Shown here: positions 39,639 to 49,115 of the stretch, piece after piece
Layout: each line of letters opens with the position of its first letter
Position numbering within the stretch: the first letter of the stretch is position 1
From: a bacterium
Lineage (GTDB): Bacteria; Patescibacteriota; Dojkabacteria; GCA-016699595
Reading direction: 5' to 3'
DNA: 64,000 nucleotides
Assembly (NCBI GenBank): GCA_016699595.1
Contig: CP064982.1
Coordinates: 11,647-75,646, forward strand
Notes under the pieces: generated by a model
What the model was told of the DNA's origin: nothing
What the model saw: the letters and a program-made list of their open reading frames with translations, nothing else
Database searches by the model: none
Program-made: the position numbers and the translations under genes

Positions 39639-41849
39639 ATGAAGCCAATCTACAAGGCAGCCTATTACTTATCTGCTCTTACAATAACAATTTTTCTGTT
39701 TATTACTATATTTTCAAAATCAGCTCAGATTACAAGAGAAGTAAATGCTGATGAGCTTATCCAACCTCAATCTTTGCATCTTGATACACTAACAACATTT
39801 CAAACATATAGTGGAGGGGGTGTGCCGAATAGTAATTTTGGGATCTATGTAATGAAGTATTATAGAGATGAATTGTACATAGGGATAAGTGCTTGTGTAC
39901 CTCTGGGATGTCCTGGAGGATTGCTGACGAAGTTTGAAGGTGATAATCTTATTCCTATACTGAGAGATGTTGATGGAGTTCCCACAAATATCTATAAAGA
40001 AGATGGGATTCACGATATAGATGTATATAATGACAAGATGTACATACTTGGTACAGACCCAGCTTTTGGTGATGGTTGGGAGCTAGGTAATGTGTATACA
40101 TTTACTCCTGAAGAGGGAATAATCAAATTTAGAACTTTGCCAAATACAGTTCACTCATTAGGTCAAACCCATATAGGAGATACATGGTATGTGTCAACTG
40201 GAAATATAAATTCCACTCAAACTCAAAATTATAGTAGTTTATTTGCAAGTTTAGATGGTGGCAATACTTGGAATATGTTGGCTCAAACTGGCAATTATCG
40301 AGCTTATGACATTTTGAACAACAATAATTTTGGTTATTTTATTATCAGAGATGTTGGGGCATATGTAAAAATAAAAAGAACTAATCTTGACGATGCATCA
40401 CTTACACTTACCGAAGTTCCGATAGTAGGGTATGGATACTCTGTTATTACTCCTAGTATAGTTGCCCGCCTAACGAGATTGGAAGATAAGATAATAGGAA
40501 TTACAAGTTCAAACGGCATATTCTCGATAAAGAACTCTAGTGGAAATGCAACCCTCCATACACTTCCTGGAGGAAGACTACCAGTGCAACAATTCAATCC
40601 TATAGCTGTAGATAACGATGGTTATGTATATATAATTACTACAAATAAAGAAGTAATTCGAACAAAGAATCTATACACATGGGAACTTGTAGCAAGTATA
40701 CCTGCAACAGGATCTCTTGCTGCTCTTACATACAATGACAATACAAATGTGCTTGCAGTATCTAGTATAGGTACAGATGCAAATGTATGGTTACTGAACT
40801 TGAATGAGATACAAAGTTTGCCAGTAATAGGTACAGATCCATATCTAACAAAGATCTCTGGAATCAGTTACCTTGACCAAGACAAGGATGGTCAGTATGA
40901 TAATGGAGAAACAAAACTAGAGAATGTAGCTATGAATTTGAAATCATTATCAGGAGAGCTTCTAGAGACTACACAGACTGATATCAATGGGTACTATGAA
41001 TTTGTATATATGCCTGTAACTAACGATCTTAATAATTACTATGTAGAACAAGTACAACCTGATGGATTGGTTTCTATACAGATACCTACAAACAGATTTG
41101 ATTTCAGTATCAATGCATACAATACTTCCATTCCTAATGTTAACTTCGGAGAGTCTGACGATCTTCCAAAATTATCTGGATATGTTTATTTAGACAAAAA
41201 TAATGATGGGCAAAAATCTGCAAATGAGAAAGGTATAAAAAATGTATTCATTTATCTTGAAAAGCAACAGGATGCTTCAACTAAAATATTTAATGTGATT
41301 TCTAGCAAAACTACCAATGACAACGGTTACTTTGAATTTGCCAATTTATTACCTGGTAAGTACCAAATCAAGGAAGTACAGCCTAAATATATAGATGGCA
41401 AGGATACTTTGGGAACTATAGGGGGAGAGGTTTCTAGCGATGATGTGTTTTCAGATATAGATATCACAAGCTATAGTGGGGAACGTTATCTTTTTGGAGA
41501 GTTGAGCAAAAAAATTTCTGGCAGAGTTTTCAACGAAGTCACCAAATCTCCAATTGTGGGTGTCAAGATCGAGATTATAACTACTGAAGGGCAAGTCTTG
41601 GGTGCTACATATACAAATGCAGATGGTTACTATGAGTTTGATGAGATGCCTCAAGGAGTATATTTGATAATGCAAACTCAACCAGAGGGTTATCGTAGTG
41701 GCAATATAAATCCATCAAATGTAGCTGAGGTAGACTTTAGTTTTAGTGATATTTGGAATGTAGATTTTTCTGAAGTTTATGCGCTTGCGGAAACAGGTAA
41801 GAGGAATTTTGTACTGAAGGTGTTTAGCAAAATGTTGTCAATGCCATAA
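39639..41849 (+). CDS. large secreted protein with BNR/Asp-box beta-propeller and three SdrD-B/Cna-B-like domains (track ORF starts at 39489; likely start at the ATG 39639 before a signal peptide)
   Basis: Signal MKPIYKAAYYLSALTITIFLF; Asp-box SLDGGNTWN; repeats GYVYLDKNNDGQKSANEKGIKNV...TTNDNGYYEFANLLPGKYQIKEVQP. Confidence 0.6.
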   Translation: MKPIYKAAYYLSALTITIFLFITIFSKSAQITREVNADELIQPQSLHLDTLTTFQTYSGGGVPNSNFGIYVMKYYRDELYIGISACVPLGCPGGLLTKFEGDNLIPILRDVDGVPTNIYKEDGIHDIDVYNDKMYILGTDPAFGDGWELGNVYTFTPEEGIIKFRTLPNTVHSLGQTHIGDTWYVSTGNINSTQTQNYSSLFASLDGGNTWNMLAQTGNYRAYDILNNNNFGYFIIRDVGAYVKIKRTNLDDASLTLTEVPIVGYGYSVITPSIVARLTRLEDKIIGITSSNGIFSIKNSSGNATLHTLPGGRLPVQQFNPIAVDNDGYVYIITTNKEVIRTKNLYTWELVASIPATGSLAALTYNDNTNVLAVSSIGTDANVWLLNLNEIQSLPVIGTDPYLTKISGISYLDQDKDGQYDNGETKLENVAMNLKSLSGELLETTQTDINGYYEFVYMPVTNDLNNYYVEQVQPDGLVSIQIPTNRFDFSINAYNTSIPNVNFGESDDLPKLSGYVYLDKNNDGQKSANEKGIKNVFIYLEKQQDASTKIFNVISSKTTNDNGYFEFANLLPGKYQIKEVQPKYIDGKDTLGTIGGEVSSDDVFSDIDITSYSGERYLFGELSKKISGRVFNEVTKSPIVGVKIEIITTEGQVLGATYTNADGYYEFDEMPQGVYLIMQTQPEGYRSGNINPSNVAEVDFSFSDIWNVDFSEVYALAETGKRNFVLKVFSKMLSMP

Positions 41850-41851
41850 AC

Positions 41852-42283
41852 ATGTCTTTGTTCCAAAACTTACAAAATACACTTGAACAAGCCAGAAAGC
41901 CAGTATCTGAAGTGTATGGGTATAGAATTTTGGAAGCGCTAAATCATTTTGCTTCAAAAAATGATGGCGTAAGTTTTCGCATTGGCGATAAATACGAAGT
42001 TCAAGAAAGCGAAGAAAGTATCGAAATTACATTACCTCAAGGGTTTACTAAGGCTGATCTTTTGCAGGCAGTCAAAGATATACGGCATAGAGTTGATTCT
42101 AAAATTATTGATGATATAGCAGCAAAATATATAAGAGTTGGAAAGTATTTGTCCGAAAACGCAGATGATGCAAAGTTCTTACTAAAAAATGGACGGAAGT
42201 TTAGAAGTTTCGATTCTCGAGAAGAAGTACTTGCTCTGTCAAAGTCAGTTATAGAATTTGGATTAGCTTTAGTGGGCAGTTAG
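41852..42283 (+). CDS. hypothetical protein
   Basis: 143-aa ORF, 3 nt after the previous stop. Confidence 0.4.
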   Translation: MSLFQNLQNTLEQARKPVSEVYGYRILEALNHFASKNDGVSFRIGDKYEVQESEESIEITLPQGFTKADLLQAVKDIRHRVDSKIIDDIAAKYIRVGKYLSENADDAKFLLKNGRKFRSFDSREEVLALSKSVIEFGLALVGS

Positions 42284-42408
42284 ATGAAGGTAAACTTACG
42301 AGGGAAGAAATCAGGCAAGTTGAGATAGATATACTAGGGAGGAGACATTATCATAAGGAACTTAGTAGACATGAAGGAACTGAGATAAGTGCAGATCGAA
42401 GAAAGAAG

Positions 42409-43632
42409 TTGATAATGGTATTTGTTTACGGACTTAATAAAACCAAAAGAATAAACGATGGAACATTTAGAGCTAAACTTGGATATTATCTTGAAGGTAT
42501 CAATGATAGATATTTTCGAAGTAAGGTTCTAAAGAATCTTGCAAATAAAATGATCGGTAAAGTGATAGGTAAAGTAGTTCTTCCCCCTCCACCTTTCCAA
42601 TCTTTCCAATCAGCTATAAAGCAAGGTGTCGAAAGCTTTGTTTCGTTGCCTGAGATCGGAGTTTTGTCTCAGATAGTCGAGCGAGGTAAGCAAAAACTTC
42701 GTGATAACTTGATGGCAGATATAGTAGAGGGCGATAAAACTGAAACTCTTTACGAGTATATGGGAATCCAGAAATTCAAAGAGAGGATACAACATGCTAA
42801 CACTGAAGAAGAAAGAGATGTCATTAAACTTGAAGCTCTTCGAGATATTCATAAGACTCTAAGTAGAGTAAAGTATGATCGTGTGGATGTCGCAAATATG
42901 ATGAATAGGATGGCTGGCTACGGTTATAGTATGACAGGAAAAGGAATACTTGATCGCAAGATGACTTATTGCCAAGGATACTCACTCCTAGCTCAAGCAT
43001 ATCTAGAAGAACTAGGTATCAAGTACTTACCTATGAATATATTTGGTCACATTACAGGTATAGCAATTGTCGGGGATCGTGTATATCTTTCTGATATGAA
43101 AAAAACTGAACCTTTTGATATCACTGAGAAATTTGGTTCGGCTGACATAGTATCAATGAAGTCTTTAGGCTACTTTGAAAATCTCAACCTCGCAGGTCAA
43201 GGATGGTTGAAAGACTACTATCCACGCCTGAAAAATTCATTAAGCTTATATGTCTGTATTGGGGAAAGTCGGGAAGTACTTGCTGCAAATCTGAATGCTT
43301 TTGGAAATATTACAAAGAATGAAGGTGATCTTCAACTTGCTATAATTTACTATAAATTATCTGCTCTTGCAGAGCCAAAGGATTCAGATCCAGAGGATGG
43401 GCTTGGAAGTGCATATTATCTCAAGTCAAGAAGCGATGGTAGTGCAGATTACGATAAGGCAATGGAGCATTTTGAATTATTTATTTGGAAAAACAGGTTA
43501 GAAGGTATTCTAGATGATGATTGGTGGATAATGAGGGCTAAGAAGTGTATAGAGCTCTGCAAATTGAGAATGAGTGAAAACCCTGATATGAGCAGAATTG
43601 AATTTCTCGAAAAAGAAGTGAGTTTAGACTAA
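42409..43632 (+). CDS. transglutaminase-like cysteine protease-fold protein with a TPR-like C-terminus (start 42409 TTG or 42415 ATG)
   Basis: Cys-His-Asp triad context: YCQGYSLLAQAY ... FGHITGIAIVGDRVYLSDM. Confidence 0.45.
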   Translation: MIMVFVYGLNKTKRINDGTFRAKLGYYLEGINDRYFRSKVLKNLANKMIGKVIGKVVLPPPPFQSFQSAIKQGVESFVSLPEIGVLSQIVERGKQKLRDNLMADIVEGDKTETLYEYMGIQKFKERIQHANTEEERDVIKLEALRDIHKTLSRVKYDRVDVANMMNRMAGYGYSMTGKGILDRKMTYCQGYSLLAQAYLEELGIKYLPMNIFGHITGIAIVGDRVYLSDMKKTEPFDITEKFGSADIVSMKSLGYFENLNLAGQGWLKDYYPRLKNSLSLYVCIGESREVLAANLNAFGNITKNEGDLQLAIIYYKLSALAEPKDSDPEDGLGSAYYLKSRSDGSADYDKAMEHFELFIWKNRLEGILDDDWWIMRAKKCIELCKLRMSENPDMSRIEFLEKEVSLD

Positions 43633-44117
43633 TGTCAGCATATCATCAAATCAAAACATTGCTTGAAAAACACCGTATAGATCATCAAGAAGTATATCAC
43701 GAGTCAGTCAGGACTTCAGAAGAAGCTGCAAGCATACGCAGTTTGTATGGAACTGGACTTACCATAAAAAATGGTATGAAATCACTTCTTGTGCGACTAG
43801 TATTGAAAGACAAAACCTCGCAAGTAATAATGATTGTAGTTCCAGGAAGCAAAAAGATGAATGCAAATGCAGTCAAGAAGTTCTTCAATGCTAAAGAAAT
43901 CAAATTTCTCAGTCACGAAGAAGTTTTTGATGTAACTTCTGGAGTGGAAGTAGGTGGAGTGCCACCATTTGGCAATATATTTGATCTACCTACATATTTT
44001 GATGCTGAAGTTTTGGAAAATGAAAAGATAGTCTTCAATGCAGGAGACAAATGTGTTAGTATAATTATGGATTCGAAAGATTGGTATGAGGTAGTGAAGC
44101 CTATAGTCATATATTGA
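43632..44117 (+). CDS. YbaK/ProX-family aminoacyl-tRNA deacylase-like protein
   Basis: GVEVGGVPPFGNIFDLPTYFDAEVLENEKIVFNAGD is typical of the YbaK editing domain; start overlaps the previous stop. Confidence 0.6.
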   Translation: MSAYHQIKTLLEKHRIDHQEVYHESVRTSEEAASIRSLYGTGLTIKNGMKSLLVRLVLKDKTSQVIMIVVPGSKKMNANAVKKFFNAKEIKFLSHEEVFDVTSGVEVGGVPPFGNIFDLPTYFDAEVLENEKIVFNAGDKCVSIIMDSKDWYEVVKPIVIY

Positions 44118-44160
44118 CTGTAAGCACTATCGCATTGACAAGTTATCTCAAACTAAATCT

Positions 44161-44176
44161 TTGATAAATTTATCAA
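44161..44176. promoter_or_regulatory. perfect 16-bp palindrome TTGATAAATTTATCAA (candidate operator)
   Basis: Exact inverted repeat in the 670-bp spacer upstream of the sigma-factor gene. Confidence 0.3.
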
Positions 44177-44793
44177 TCATTAAAATATAAAAAGTATCTT
44201 CAGAAGCAAAGAGACAATTTATATACTATCTGCAATATCAACAAAGATAATGATATTTTTTCCAAAATCCAACAAAAGTAGGAGATTGGGATGGCATAGA
44301 TCAGAATCCGGAATGATAACTAGTTGACTTGTCTGAACGACTGACTAAGCGAATTTGCTAATGATCTTGTTGATATTGAATGTGGGACTTGTCTTAGCAT
44401 ATATGATTTTGAGAAGGTATAAGAAAATACATGTGTTTTTATGATTCAATCTTAAGTTTGTTGAATTCTATTTTGTTCCCCTCAGTTCATGAGGTATATA
44501 GCAGATATTTTTAGTGGTGGAAACTTAGAATTCAAAGCAAGTAGTGTACATTGGCAATTTTGTAATACTTTAAATGGCAATGTAAAAAACATAAAATCTG
44601 GTAAGGTATATATATAAAATGTTTTGACTACAGAGATGCATTGTGAAAATGAAATCCTAAATCAGCTTGATCAGATGGTCATAGATGGAGACTCAATCTA
44701 CACCATGTCAAGAGATGAAAGAAGTCTGAATATCATAACTCTTAGATTTATTGTATATTTGAAGAAAGTTACGAAATAAAACTAACTCATTAG

Positions 44794-45327
44794 TTGATGA
44801 AACAAACTTTTGCCAAAATCCATGTCGAGAACTTCAAACGATTTTTTTACTTCTTCTATCATAAACCCTACATAAACAGAGATACAGCAGAAGATTTGGT
44901 TTCAGAAACATTTTTGCGTGGGTACAAGTATACTCTTGAAAATTCTATTTCTGAAGAAGAAGTTTTGAAATTACTCTTTGGGATAGCAAAAAATGTTTAC
45001 AAAGAATGGGTCAAGAAAAACATAGCAATGGCTGAAGTTGAATTCAATGAAGAAATATCATCTTTTATAGATGAATACGAAGCACTGGATGATCCAAATA
45101 TTTCATCTACAGAAATTCCAAATAAACATGAAAAGATGATAGAGCAATGTAAAGATGTGATTGATACATTCAGTGATAAACTGAAGTATGTCATGAGATA
45201 TCGGTTTATTGAAGGCTTAAGCCGAGCAGAAACTGCACAAATACTTCATATCTCGGAAGATGCTGTTCATACTTATCAAAAAAGGGGAATAAAATACCTC
45301 AAAGAAAAAGTTGTTCCCCAAGAATAA
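44794..45327 (+). CDS. ECF-type sigma-70 family RNA polymerase sigma factor (probable ATG at 44797)
   Basis: Region 2 LVSETFLRGYKY; region 4 HTH RFIEGLSRAETAQILHISEDAVHTYQKRGIKYLKE. Confidence 0.7.
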   Translation: MMKQTFAKIHVENFKRFFYFFYHKPYINRDTAEDLVSETFLRGYKYTLENSISEEEVLKLLFGIAKNVYKEWVKKNIAMAEVEFNEEISSFIDEYEALDDPNISSTEIPNKHEKMIEQCKDVIDTFSDKLKYVMRYRFIEGLSRAETAQILHISEDAVHTYQKRGIKYLKEKVVPQE

Positions 45328-45332
45328 TATCT

Positions 45333-47930
45333 ATGGTAGATACTATGAGAAACATTATTCACCAAAAAACACAAACAGATTCTTTTCTCAGTAAAGATAG
45401 TATTTCCGAGCATGAACTAGTAAATATGCAAGTTCGTAGTTGGAATGACATATCATTTCGTATCGAGAATCTAGAAAATTATTCTTCAAAAGAAATGCAA
45501 GAATCAACTTCAACACCAGCGAACAAAAAATTTAGTATCCATGCATTGAAAATACCCATAGGTTTCAGGTTTTCAATGATGGCTCTATGTGTTGTGATAC
45601 TTTTTAGTGGGATCATTTTTTACAATAATTATCAAAAGCAAGACAGTTTCTCAAGGACAAGTAAAATCTTTGCAGATAGTTTGCAGAAACAAACTGGGCT
45701 TACAAAAGAAGACATAGAGTTTCTTGAGGCAAACAATATTGTTTCAAGAACTAATTCACTTTCTGAAGTAAGTAACCAAATTTCAGATAATTCAACTGGG
45801 AATTCATCAAATCTCACAAAAATTGCTAATGGGAGCGGAAATGCACAATCATACGCAAATACTTCAGTTATTGACTCACTTAACGAAGCTGAAAGAAACA
45901 AATTAGACGAAATACTCAAAAAGGTCCCAAATAAATCTGATTTGATCGTAAGGGAGTATTCAACTTCATATTTTTGGGCAGGTGAACCATGGGATTATCT
46001 TCTTATAAGTAAGGATAAGTACAATGAAATGATGCAAGATCCTGAAATTGCTAGCTACATGAAGCAGTATCACAATTATACTTATACTATGAATTGGAAG
46101 GAGTACAAACAAGGAAATAATTCTAAAAGTATAATGTCAATGGGTGACTTGAGAAACATTATAAATATCTACATGTCTACAGACAAAGGACATGAAAGTA
46201 TCCAGTACATGGGAGGTAAGTATGCTATTCAAGAACTTTGGAAAGAAAATGGACTTTTGGAAAATACTTGCCCCGAAGGTTATTCCAAGGACGAATGTGA
46301 AAAGCTAGATATGATAAGTCAATTGTGGTCAGATCCTGATTTGGCATTTATGATTCAGGTTTTGAATCCAGCAAATGCAGGTATGTACAAAAGTTATATG
46401 GAGAAAGTAGATGGAGTAGAGTACTTGGTATATGAAACTGAGGTTGGCAATTATACGCTCTACAAAGAAGCTGATTCTTACAGTAGTAAGTACTATATAA
46501 ACCCTTCTACATTCCGAAAAACAATTGAAAGAAACTATAAAAATGGGCAACTCGAAAGTGAAGTAAGACTTATCTCATACGAAAGAATTGAAAATGGTAC
46601 TATAGATATGAAAGAGTTAGCTGGAATTGAGTTGAAAACCGTTCAGAGAGAACCAATATCTATCGACTCTGGGACAATTGACAATCCTAAGTCACAAAAG
46701 ATCTCAGATGTATCAGGCAAATTTCTAGTGTTTTCTCTACCAGAACTAGGAGATATGAATTACTTTGGATACTACTTGCAAGATTCTGTAGTACAAGAAG
46801 ACTATATCTATGATGACCTCTATAGTAACCAAGATTTCAATCCAATGTATGGAATTGAACAGAAGATTAGCAAATATTTAGAAAATCCAACAGAAGATTA
46901 TCTTGAAGCTAAGTATTCATTCAATTTGTCAAATTATAGTTTAAGTTCATCTTTACTGTCAGGAATTGAAGTGAGCATTTTTGATGGAGTAAATTTGGAT
47001 GAAAGTAAGATTTTTCCAAGTATGCAGAGTATTGATATGACAAGCTCAAAATCTATAGACGATGTTAATATAGACAATGTTACAAAGTTAGCAGGAGAGA
47101 CTTCTTCTGTAGATATGCAAGTAATTGAGAATTTAAGGATAATGCTTGATGACAAAGTTTTATCTACAAATGGAGTTTGGAAAGTTTATACATATAGCTA
47201 TGAAGGCGAAAATACATACAGAAGTGATTTCGTACTTTTTGAGTATGAGAATATGACATATTTCGTGAAGATAGATTTAAGTGACTCCAGATTAGACAAT
47301 AAGGATAATCTCAAATTCACAAATGAATTTATGAGCAAATTGTTGAAAGATAATTCAATAAAGTTCAAAACTATCTCAGACGATCAGATAAAGATTGTAA
47401 TTACCGAGAGTAAAGATTATACAAATCCAAATGAAATGACAGAAGTAAAGCTCTTGGTTCCCAATGTTGCTTTTGAAGGCAAGAAAACATTTTCAGGATA
47501 CAAAAGTGAGACTAAAGTAGGGGGTGATTCAATTAGCACATATTCATACAATTTGTCATATGTAGAATCCCACAATGGATCTGTAGAAGATATGTTGTGG
47601 CAAAGTGATTATCGAAATATCTTTGGATTTAATGTACAAATTTTGACACAAGATGTCGATCTAAACTATCAAACAATGATGAATTCAAATCTAAAAAATG
47701 GTCCTCAATTAGAAGATGTAGTTATAAAGTTTGGCAACAAAACAATCAATGCTAAATTACTTACAGAGAACTCGTCAGAAGCAAACTCTACTCTATGTTC
47801 TTTAGCATTCATATTTGATCAGAAGTTTTATACTATGTATTTTGATGGCGAAGAAGTATCTTTATTCAAAGATACACTGAAAAAAGGTGAGGCTGAGTTC
47901 AAGATATTGACAGACAAAGACTTGCAATAG
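45333..47930 (+). CDS. single-pass membrane protein with a ~780-aa extracytoplasmic domain; putative anti-sigma factor
   Basis: Starts 6 nt after the sigma gene; ~80-aa cytoplasmic N-terminus; TM MMALCVVILFSGIIFY; no known domain in the ectodomain. Confidence 0.45.
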   Translation: MVDTMRNIIHQKTQTDSFLSKDSISEHELVNMQVRSWNDISFRIENLENYSSKEMQESTSTPANKKFSIHALKIPIGFRFSMMALCVVILFSGIIFYNNYQKQDSFSRTSKIFADSLQKQTGLTKEDIEFLEANNIVSRTNSLSEVSNQISDNSTGNSSNLTKIANGSGNAQSYANTSVIDSLNEAERNKLDEILKKVPNKSDLIVREYSTSYFWAGEPWDYLLISKDKYNEMMQDPEIASYMKQYHNYTYTMNWKEYKQGNNSKSIMSMGDLRNIINIYMSTDKGHESIQYMGGKYAIQELWKENGLLENTCPEGYSKDECEKLDMISQLWSDPDLAFMIQVLNPANAGMYKSYMEKVDGVEYLVYETEVGNYTLYKEADSYSSKYYINPSTFRKTIERNYKNGQLESEVRLISYERIENGTIDMKELAGIELKTVQREPISIDSGTIDNPKSQKISDVSGKFLVFSLPELGDMNYFGYYLQDSVVQEDYIYDDLYSNQDFNPMYGIEQKISKYLENPTEDYLEAKYSFNLSNYSLSSSLLSGIEVSIFDGVNLDESKIFPSMQSIDMTSSKSIDDVNIDNVTKLAGETSSVDMQVIENLRIMLDDKVLSTNGVWKVYTYSYEGENTYRSDFVLFEYENMTYFVKIDLSDSRLDNKDNLKFTNEFMSKLLKDNSIKFKTISDDQIKIVITESKDYTNPNEMTEVKLLVPNVAFEGKKTFSGYKSETKVGGDSISTYSYNLSYVESHNGSVEDMLWQSDYRNIFGFNVQILTQDVDLNYQTMMNSNLKNGPQLEDVVIKFGNKTINAKLLTENSSEANSTLCSLAFIFDQKFYTMYFDGEEVSLFKDTLKKGEAEFKILTDKDLQ

Positions 47931-47958
47931 CAAGTATGCGAGTACATCTTTCAAAACC

Positions 47959-47980
47959 AAGGAGTGGCTTTGCACTCCTT
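47959..47980 (+). terminator. 8-bp perfect stem hairpin after the 865-aa gene (no U-tract)
   Basis: AAGGAGTG-gctttg-CACTCCTT. Confidence 0.3.
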
Positions 47981-48015
47981 GAGAATAAAGGTACATACCA
48001 AAGTTTTTATAAGAC

Positions 48016-48474
48016 ATGTCAGACAAACATAAACTCAAATTATCAGTAATCGTAAACATTATACTTAGTCTACTTCTGTTGACTGGAGTTATATCCATAG
48101 TTGCCAAATTCATTTTTCAAGGTGATGTCATATCAAGAGAGCGAAATCAAATTGTTCGTAACATAAAATCAACATATCCTGAATACAAATACTTTCAAAT
48201 GACAAATGAAGATAAATTAAGCGATGAAAATACAAAGACCTTTTACTCTAAAAACGGTACAGGCATAGAAGTTTTGATTGACAAAAAATTTAGTTATATC
48301 GGAATGATAAGTGATTTTGGACAAAGAGTGGATTGTTTGCAATACTACAAGATAGGGCGATTCAATGAAAATATAAAGAAATCTAGCTCGTATAGATTTC
48401 CAAAATCACACAAAGGAGATATGCAAAGAGTAACTGTATCAAATTTTGACTTTGTCAATTGCAATCCTATTTAG
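48016..48474 (+). CDS. hypothetical membrane-anchored protein
   Basis: 152 aa, N-terminal TM segment. Confidence 0.35.
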   Translation: MSDKHKLKLSVIVNIILSLLLLTGVISIVAKFIFQGDVISRERNQIVRNIKSTYPEYKYFQMTNEDKLSDENTKTFYSKNGTGIEVLIDKKFSYIGMISDFGQRVDCLQYYKIGRFNENIKKSSSYRFPKSHKGDMQRVTVSNFDFVNCNPI

Positions 48475-48505
48475 TATGTCTCGTGATAAAGTTGTGCTAA
48501 TCTTT

Positions 48506-48985
48506 TCAATTCCCTAAAGTCCCAATGGTGTATTTAGATATTTGATTTAATACTTTTGAGGTTGTAAAAGGTGCAGCTCCAGGATGTGTTGAATTCGTTA
48601 TATCTATACCACAAAGCACTGTAAAATCATCTGGGCTAGGATGTCGAAAATTGGAGAGATCATAGACATTGCGAGATATTGCGATGTAGCAATCATCTTG
48701 CGAATTATGTCTAGCTAATTCAGTTTCTGTTATAGTCAATAACTTTGAGTTAGCACTAGAAGTACTTAGGGATTTTTGAGATTGTGACGAACTTATAGCA
48801 GAACTTTTCGATTGTGCAGAACTCTTTGACTTTGCTGATTCACTTTCAGTGTTGTTTCGTAAATACAACAATCCACCGATAGATATAGCTATTACTATAA
48901 GAAAAATTATGATTGTGATGATGGTTAGTGTTTTTTTGTTCATGATTGAATTGTCAAATTGATCAAGTAAGAAAATGCACTTCAA
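48506..48985 (-). CDS. membrane-anchored cytochrome b5-like heme-binding domain protein
   Basis: TETELARHNSQDDCYIAISRNVYDLSNFRHPSPDDFTVLCGIDIT resembles the cyt-b5 fold (HPGG position altered). Confidence 0.45.
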   Translation of the reverse strand: MKCIFLLDQFDNSIMNKKTLTIITIIIFLIVIAISIGGLLYLRNNTESESAKSKSSAQSKSSAISSSQSQKSLSTSSANSKLLTITETELARHNSQDDCYIAISRNVYDLSNFRHPSPDDFTVLCGIDITNSTHPGAAPFTTSKVLNQISKYTIGTLGN

Positions 48986-49115
48986 ATACTCAAAACTATA
49001 TTACGCAAACAAGTTACAGATCTTTATCTGATCAAATAATTGATAAAAGCTTATAGATAAGTATATAATAATTTGAAGTTTAATTCATGAGAAATTTATC
49101 AAATTTCAAAAATTT

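Noticed and set aside
44489-44617. Possible GG-leader bacteriocin precursor (MRYIADIFSGG|NLEF...)
   Set aside because: The leader would be only 11 aa and lacks the typical LSxxELxxIxGG pattern. Retained only as an unannotated mini-ORF within the sigma-factor upstream finding.
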